DNA from: Hyphomicrobiales bacterium
GTDB taxonomy: Bacteria > Pseudomonadota > Alphaproteobacteria > Rhizobiales > Rhizobiaceae
Direction of reading: 5' to 3'
Assembly: GCA_003963455.1 (NCBI GenBank)
Contig: RXJA01000188.1
Span: forward strand, 17,854-81,853
Length of the DNA stretch: 64,000 nucleotides
Shown here piece after piece: positions 58,907 to 64,000 of the stretch (position 1 is its first letter; each line of letters begins with the position of its first letter). The notes under the pieces were generated by a model. That model did no database searches. It was given only the letters and a program-made list of their open reading frames with translations, and was not told where the DNA came from. The position numbers and the translations under genes were made by a program.

Positions 58907-59821
58907 TCAGTCCGGAAGGCTGCGCGGATAGCGAAATTCATCAAAATCCGATTCGTAAGCCTTATAAATCCGAGCGGCCAAGTCAGCTGAGAAATATTCC
59001 GTAATGCGTTTGCGCGAGGACGTGTGAAAGGCTGGCATGGCGTTTCGGCGCATTTCATCGTCCGCGCCGACATGATCCAGCACCTTCGCGAAATCCGCCT
59101 CGAATGTCTCGATCTTGCCGACAAGATCGAATGAAACGCCGGGAATGTTCTTGATGTCGGACTGCCTCTGCCAATGCTTGTCCACACGCATGTTGCTGGT
59201 GGCGCAGGCGAATCTCACAAACTCGGAAAATGACAGCGTCTTGTCGCCGCCAATCGGAAGCGATGGATCGGCTTGCTCTCGGTGGGCAAGATAGACTTCC
59301 ACCCTGCCATAGCCGGGAACCAGAGGTCGGTCACGATATTGATCTGCCCAACATGACAACAGCCTGGTGTAGGGATTGCGCACAAAGGTGAAGCGCAGGG
59401 CGTCGGGATTCGTGGCCATCGCATGAAATTTCAGAATGCTGTGGCGAGGCGCCCGTAAGGCATTGGCCTTTCTGTTGTGCACACGCCAGTTCTGATCGCT
59501 GCGCCATCCGGTAACGGTGTCCCTTCCCATCATCGAGGCAAGGTTGCTTCTTATCCGGCTGCTCGCGGCCTTGGGCATGGCCAGATAGAGTATTTTGAGT
59601 TGCGGTACGACATCCAGCAGATCGTCCGGCCGATAGGCGGTTGTCATCACGCTCTTGTAGAAAGCCAGTGCTTCCGGATGCCTCCAGGCGAGGAACGGCT
59701 CTTTAAGCAGCCACCGAACCTCCTTCAGCGCCGGCCGAAGCGATCGTTCCATTCTCTTTATGGCGCCGGGTTTGGACTTGCGTGGATTGACGGCGGCTAG
59801 GGAAGGTGAAGTGTTCAACAA
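58907..59821 (-). CDS. Carbohydrate sulfotransferase (Sulfotransfer_2-like)
   Basis: MPKAASS, FTFVRNPYTRLLS, HWQRQ, DLVGKIE, YESDFDEFRY. Confidence 0.82.
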   Translation of the reverse strand: MLNTSPSLAAVNPRKSKPGAIKRMERSLRPALKEVRWLLKEPFLAWRHPEALAFYKSVMTTAYRPDDLLDVVPQLKILYLAMPKAASSRIRSNLASMMGRDTVTGWRSDQNWRVHNRKANALRAPRHSILKFHAMATNPDALRFTFVRNPYTRLLSCWADQYRDRPLVPGYGRVEVYLAHREQADPSLPIGGDKTLSFSEFVRFACATSNMRVDKHWQRQSDIKNIPGVSFDLVGKIETFEADFAKVLDHVGADDEMRRNAMPAFHTSSRKRITEYFSADLAARIYKAYESDFDEFRYPRSLPD

Positions 59822-59971
59822 AGTCTCCAGCTACCTGCACGGGTTAACGATCCTTGATGCCCGGTTTGCGAGGATGATTTCCCATGAAGATGGGATAAAC
59901 TATGTATCGGCGATAGCCAAGCTTTCTGGCTACCGCCGCGAATGTCGCGGCTGCGAATAGGGACACTTTCG

Positions 59972-61189
59972 ATGCGTCAGCCGGTGACCAACGGCGATAC
60001 TCACAACGGGACGGGTGCCGCGCCCATCCTGTTCGTGCGCCGGCAATATTCGCCTTTCGGCGGCGGCGAGATCATGCTCGACACCATTGCCAAGGAGTTC
60101 CGCGCGAGGGATATGGCGGTTGCGATCATGTCCGGCGACTGGCCGGCGAGCGAAGGCATAGAGTTTATTCGCTGCTCTGGCCGCCGCTTCCCGCGCGCCT
60201 GGCGGGCCCGCTCCTTCGCCACGGCGGCCTGTCGCAAGATTTCGGAGCTGGACCCGGCGCCGGTGCTTGTCCAGAGCAACGACAGATTGCCCTGCTGCGA
60301 CATATTTCGCGCCGGAGAAGGTGTCCATGCCGCCTACCTGGCCGAGCGCCGCCGGCTGTCGAAATTCGACGGCGTGGGGCTCAGTCTCAGCCTGTTTCAC
60401 AAGGAAATGCTGCGTCTTGAGCGGCTTACCTTTCGAAGCGCGGGGCTAAGGGCAGTGATTGCCATATCGAAAATGGTGGCCGACGACATTCGTCGCCACT
60501 ATGACTTTCCGGGCGACAGGATTCACCACATACCCAATGGTATCTCTCTCGCCACATACAACGCTGAGCTGCGCGAGCAACATCGGGCGAGGATCAGGGC
60601 CCAGTTGAATGTTCCTCTGGATAAGCCCGTCATCCTGTTCGTTGGCTCCGGTTTCACAAGAAAGGGCCTCGCACCTCTCATCGAAGCCACCACAGATCTG
60701 GAATCCCTGCCGGAATTATGGGTCGTTGGCCACGATACCCGAATGGAGACTTTCAAGCGCCTCGCGCAAAAGCGCGGCCTTGGTAATCGTGTGAAATTCA
60801 TCGGGCCCCAAAAAGATGTGAGGCCATGGTACGGGGCGGCGGACATCGCCGCCATTCCGTCGGTGTATGAGCCCTTCGGGACTGTAGTTCTGGAAGCCAT
60901 GGCATGCGGGCTGCCGACCGTGGTGAGCACGATGTGCGGAGGCCGCGAGCTGGTCGAGCGCTTCGACCCTGCCCTGGTATGTAACATTGCGGAACGGGGG
61001 GAACTCTCGGCAAGCCTGAGCCGAGCTCTCCGGCACTCCCGCTCTCCAGAGAGCGCGCCCTTGGTCAGGCGGGCCGCGGCCCTGTACGATCTTGACACCA
61101 TGATCGACAGGACCCTCGCCGTTTATGAAAGCGTCCTGGCGGAAAAGCGCCGTGACCCGACAGCGGCCACGCCGCGGATCCAGGTGTGA
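59972..61189 (+). CDS. GT4 glycosyltransferase (WabG/RfaG-like)
   Basis: RRQYSPFGGGE, QSNDRLPCCDIFRAGEGVH, FVGSGFTRKG, YEPFGTVVLEAMACG (EX7E). Confidence 0.88.
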   Translation: MRQPVTNGDTHNGTGAAPILFVRRQYSPFGGGEIMLDTIAKEFRARDMAVAIMSGDWPASEGIEFIRCSGRRFPRAWRARSFATAACRKISELDPAPVLVQSNDRLPCCDIFRAGEGVHAAYLAERRRLSKFDGVGLSLSLFHKEMLRLERLTFRSAGLRAVIAISKMVADDIRRHYDFPGDRIHHIPNGISLATYNAELREQHRARIRAQLNVPLDKPVILFVGSGFTRKGLAPLIEATTDLESLPELWVVGHDTRMETFKRLAQKRGLGNRVKFIGPQKDVRPWYGAADIAAIPSVYEPFGTVVLEAMACGLPTVVSTMCGGRELVERFDPALVCNIAERGELSASLSRALRHSRSPESAPLVRRAAALYDLDTMIDRTLAVYESVLAEKRRDPTAATPRIQV

Positions 61190-61453
61190 CCGCGACGCAA
61201 CTCTGTTTGCCAACAAAAGGTCTATCCGATTACTGTTCCCAGCGTCGGTCCGGGCGGGGCTTGCGCGAGCTACTGCCGTTGGGGCATATTCGCGCCCACG
61301 AATGTTCTAATCGGGCGGAAGAGGACCGTCCGCCAATTCGTTTTGCCTCGTGGTGCTGCTGTTTGCCGGCGCCATTGTGGCGTTGGAGGTCCGGGGGCGG
61401 ATGTCGAGCAATCAGAAAGCCAATCGCTTTTGGCTGTTTATTGGAGGGTTGGG

Positions 61454-62245
61454 ATGATGCCGAAGCTATCGGTCATCGTCATCACCCTCAACGAAGAGGC
61501 TTGCATCGAGCGGTGTTTGCGCTCGGTTGGCTTTGCCGATGAAATCGTTGTCGTCGATAATGGCAGCACGGACAGAACCCGGGAAATCGCCGCTGCCATG
61601 GGCGCGAAAGTGCATGTCACCGAAGACTGGCCAGGCTTCGGCGTGCAGAAGGGCCGTGCGCTGGCCGCGGCCACAGGTGACTGGGTCTTGTCATTGGACG
61701 CCGACGAGTGGGTGGACGCCCCCCTCGCCGAACAAATAAAAAAAGCCATTGCGGACCCGCGGGACTGCGCGGGCTTCGAGATCCCCAGAAGATCTCGTTT
61801 TTGCGGACGGGTTGTAAGATATGGAAGCTGGTCCTCTGACCGTGTCCTGCGTCTGTTTCGCAGGGACGCTGGCCGTTTTACCGACTATCGGGTCCACGAA
61901 AAGGTGGTCCTACGAGGCAAGATGTCTCGCTTAACTTGCCCTCTGGAACATGATTGCATCACCGATCTCCGCGACGCGCATCATAAGATCCAGATGTACT
62001 CTGAAGCATCTTCGAGACAGATAGAGAGCATTGGAAAGAAAGGCTCTGCGACAAAGGCATTCCTACACTCGGCCTGGGCATATTTTTACAGCTATGTTAT
62101 TCGTTTTGGCATGCTTGACGGGTCAGTTGGATTGTTGGTTGCCGGATATTGTGCAAGTTATACGTATAGCAAATGGGCTACGACACCATCAAATAGCTGC
62201 GCCAGGGCACCCATTCGTGAAACTCGGGCGATAAAATTGAATTGA
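61454..62245 (+). CDS. GT2 glycosyltransferase (WaaE/KdtX-like beta-glucosyltransferase family)
   Basis: LSVIVITLNEE, DEIVVVDNGSTDRT, WPGFG, WVLSLDADE, RLFR, VHE. Confidence 0.88.
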   Translation: MMPKLSVIVITLNEEACIERCLRSVGFADEIVVVDNGSTDRTREIAAAMGAKVHVTEDWPGFGVQKGRALAAATGDWVLSLDADEWVDAPLAEQIKKAIADPRDCAGFEIPRRSRFCGRVVRYGSWSSDRVLRLFRRDAGRFTDYRVHEKVVLRGKMSRLTCPLEHDCITDLRDAHHKIQMYSEASSRQIESIGKKGSATKAFLHSAWAYFYSYVIRFGMLDGSVGLLVAGYCASYTYSKWATTPSNSCARAPIRETRAIKLN

Positions 62246-62298
62246 GCAATCTGGCGATCGCAGATCTCCCGATGATCATTTTTCACACAGGGAATTAA

Positions 62299-63012
62299 AT
62301 GGCGGGTAAGCAGTCAATCTGGATCGGTTTCGATCCTCGTGAAATCGATGCGTTCGCGGTTGCGCGCAACTCAATCAGACGACACATGATCTCGCCTGTA
62401 TCGGCGCGCGGGGTGGTCTTGGCGGATCTGCGGGCCAGAGGGCTCTACACCCGCCCGACAAGCCGGAAGGACGGCCGCCTGTGGGATGAGATTTCCGAAG
62501 CTCCGATGGCAACGGAGTTCGCCTGCTCTCGCTTCCTGGTGCCGCATCTGGCGAGTTCGGGTTGGGCACTGTTCATGGACTGTGACATGCTGGTCCGAAG
62601 AGACCTGCAGCGGCTCTTCGGTCTTGCGGACCCGTCAAAGGCGGTGATGGTGGTCAAGCACAATCACCAGCCGACGGAAGCGGTCAAAATGGATGGGCAA
62701 GCCCAGCTCCGTTATGCCCGCAAGAACTGGTCGAGCGTGATGCTTTTCAACTGCGACCATCCGGCAAATAAGGCTCTGACAGTTGAACTTGTCAACACCG
62801 TGCCCGGGCGGGACCTCCACCGTTTCTGCTGGCTGGAGGACGATCTTATCGGGGAACTATCGCCCGAATGGAATTGGCTTGTCGGTCACTCGGACCCGGC
62901 CGTGGATCCATCCATCGTGCATTTTACGGACGGAACTCCGGCTATGCCCGGCTATGAGAATTGTGCCTATGCCGATGAATGGAGGTCCGAGCTGATCAGG
63001 TGGGCGAGTTGA
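62299..63012 (+). CDS. GT-A glycosyltransferase, CDI-like family
   Basis: IGFDPRE, TEFACSRFLVP, GWALFMDCDML (DxD), RKNWSSVMLFNC, WNWLVG, HFTDGTP. Confidence 0.8.
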   Translation: MAGKQSIWIGFDPREIDAFAVARNSIRRHMISPVSARGVVLADLRARGLYTRPTSRKDGRLWDEISEAPMATEFACSRFLVPHLASSGWALFMDCDMLVRRDLQRLFGLADPSKAVMVVKHNHQPTEAVKMDGQAQLRYARKNWSSVMLFNCDHPANKALTVELVNTVPGRDLHRFCWLEDDLIGELSPEWNWLVGHSDPAVDPSIVHFTDGTPAMPGYENCAYADEWRSELIRWAS

Positions 63013-63088
63013 CGCTTGCCGGCCAGGTCAGCCAAAATGATGAATCAGCGGCCAAGGTGCGACCTGGGACGAGGAGGCTGCTTTTCGA

Positions 63089-63286
63089 TCAGGTGGCGCT
63101 GATGCCTTCCTCAATTCCCTGATGATAGACGACCACCGAACAAACAGTACACATTATCGTGGCGGCAAGCAGTAAACCGATGCGCTCGCCGATTCCGACC
63201 TGTGCGAGCAAATAGCTTATCGAGGTGGTGCCAATCAAACCTGACAAAGCAGACGTTACCGCAACCATCTTCCATGACGAACACAT
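63089..63286 (-). CDS. Small hypothetical membrane protein (65 aa)
   Basis: GGGAG RBS about 9 nt upstream of the ATG; two hydrophobic segments; lies in an otherwise intergenic gap. Confidence 0.4.
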   Translation of the reverse strand: MCSSWKMVAVTSALSGLIGTTSISYLLAQVGIGERIGLLLAATIMCTVCSVVVYHQGIEEGISAT

Positions 63287-63633
63287 CTTGCGATCTCCCG
63301 AGCCCGCAGAAAATTAAGCAAAATACCCGCAAGATTACCAGCCTTATTTGAGAACGCGCCCAGTCGCCGTGCGACGCTCGATCATCAGATGAGAGCCGCG
63401 TTCGGATCATGGCAGGATTGAACGGTCGAGATGGGAGTGCACGATCGTCCTTGCGCAATGATCGGAGACGCTCGCAGAACCCCGACGACGCGGTAAATGG
63501 CGCATCCGGAGAAATTCCAGGAAAGGTGCGTAGCCTGCCATCTGCCGCGGAAAGATCAGCGCCGTCATTGTCGGCGGCCGTGCCGGCGGACTTCAATTGA
63601 ATTCGCCTTGGCCGCGTTCTATACGTCGAGCCG

Positions 63634-64000
63634 ATGGAAACCCTAGCCAGCGCCCAGAAACAAATCACTCCGCTGTCCGGCGGCAAGCCTCATGCGGGAC
63701 GGGCAGCGCCGTTCCTGCCGATGAGCCGCGCCGAAATGACGGCGCTTGGTTGGGATGAGTGCGACATCGTGCTGGTCACGGGCGACGCCTATGTGGATCA
63801 TCCGAGCTTCGGCATGGCCATCATCGGCCGTCTGCTCGAATCCCAGGGGTTTAGGGTCGGCATCATCTCGCAGCCTGACTGGCAGTCGGCGGAGCCGTTC
63901 AAGGCGCTGGGCAGGCCGAGACTGTTCTTCGGCATCACCGGCGGCAACCTTGATTCCATGGTCAACCGCTACACCTCGGACCGCAAGCTGCGCCATGACG
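63634..64000 (+). CDS. ygiQ: YgiQ family radical SAM protein, 5' part only
   Basis: Not in the ORF track; manual translation gives [11 protein letters not shown]...[22 protein letters not shown]...QPDW...[11 protein letters not shown]. Confidence 0.9.
   Translation, partial: METLASAQKQITPLSGGKPHAGRAAPFLPMSRAEMTALGWDECDIVLVTGDAYVDHPSFGMAIIGRLLESQGFRVGIISQPDWQSAEPFKALGRPRLFFGITGGNLDSMVNRYTSDRKLRHD

Noticed and set aside
49835-59821. Nod factor genes (nodH/noeE)
   Set aside because: No nodABC, no nod box recognised, and the context is LPS-type glycosyltransferases

Overview
High-GC alphaproteobacterial DNA, most likely Mesorhizobium-like (inferred from gene content and a rhizobial RIME-type palindromic repeat). 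About 1-48.6 kb is a dense block of catabolic modules for nitrogenous and small organic substrates: (a) a GntR gene and sugar-type ABC ATPase divergent from an Fe-ADH / SSADH-like / alpha-beta hydrolase operon; (b) a Rieske oxygenase and an OYE-type flavoprotein, each divergent from a GcvA-like LysR; (c) peptidases, a Dpp-type ABC importer, a CocE/NonD hydrolase and soxBDAG-tetR, linked by three copies of TRGACA-N4-TGTAYA; (d) a second Dpp-type importer with two tandem binding proteins, GMC oxidoreductase, amidase, acetylpolyamine-deacetylase-like enzyme, aminotransferase, ALDH and CoA ligase, linked by two BetI-like boxes (TGATTG-N6-CAATCA). After an AT-richer junction (48.6-50.8 kb) comes an unusual surface-glycan cluster (49.8-63 kb): MsbA-like exporter, three tandem helical-repeat + GT-B paralogs, AsnB-type amidotransferase, three sulfotransferases, WabG-like GT4, WaaE-like GT2 and a CDI-like glycosyltransferase. 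The window ends in the 5' part of ygiQ. No tRNA, rRNA, CRISPR array, transposase or integrase was recognised. Products are motif-based calls made without database searches, and substrates are inferred.
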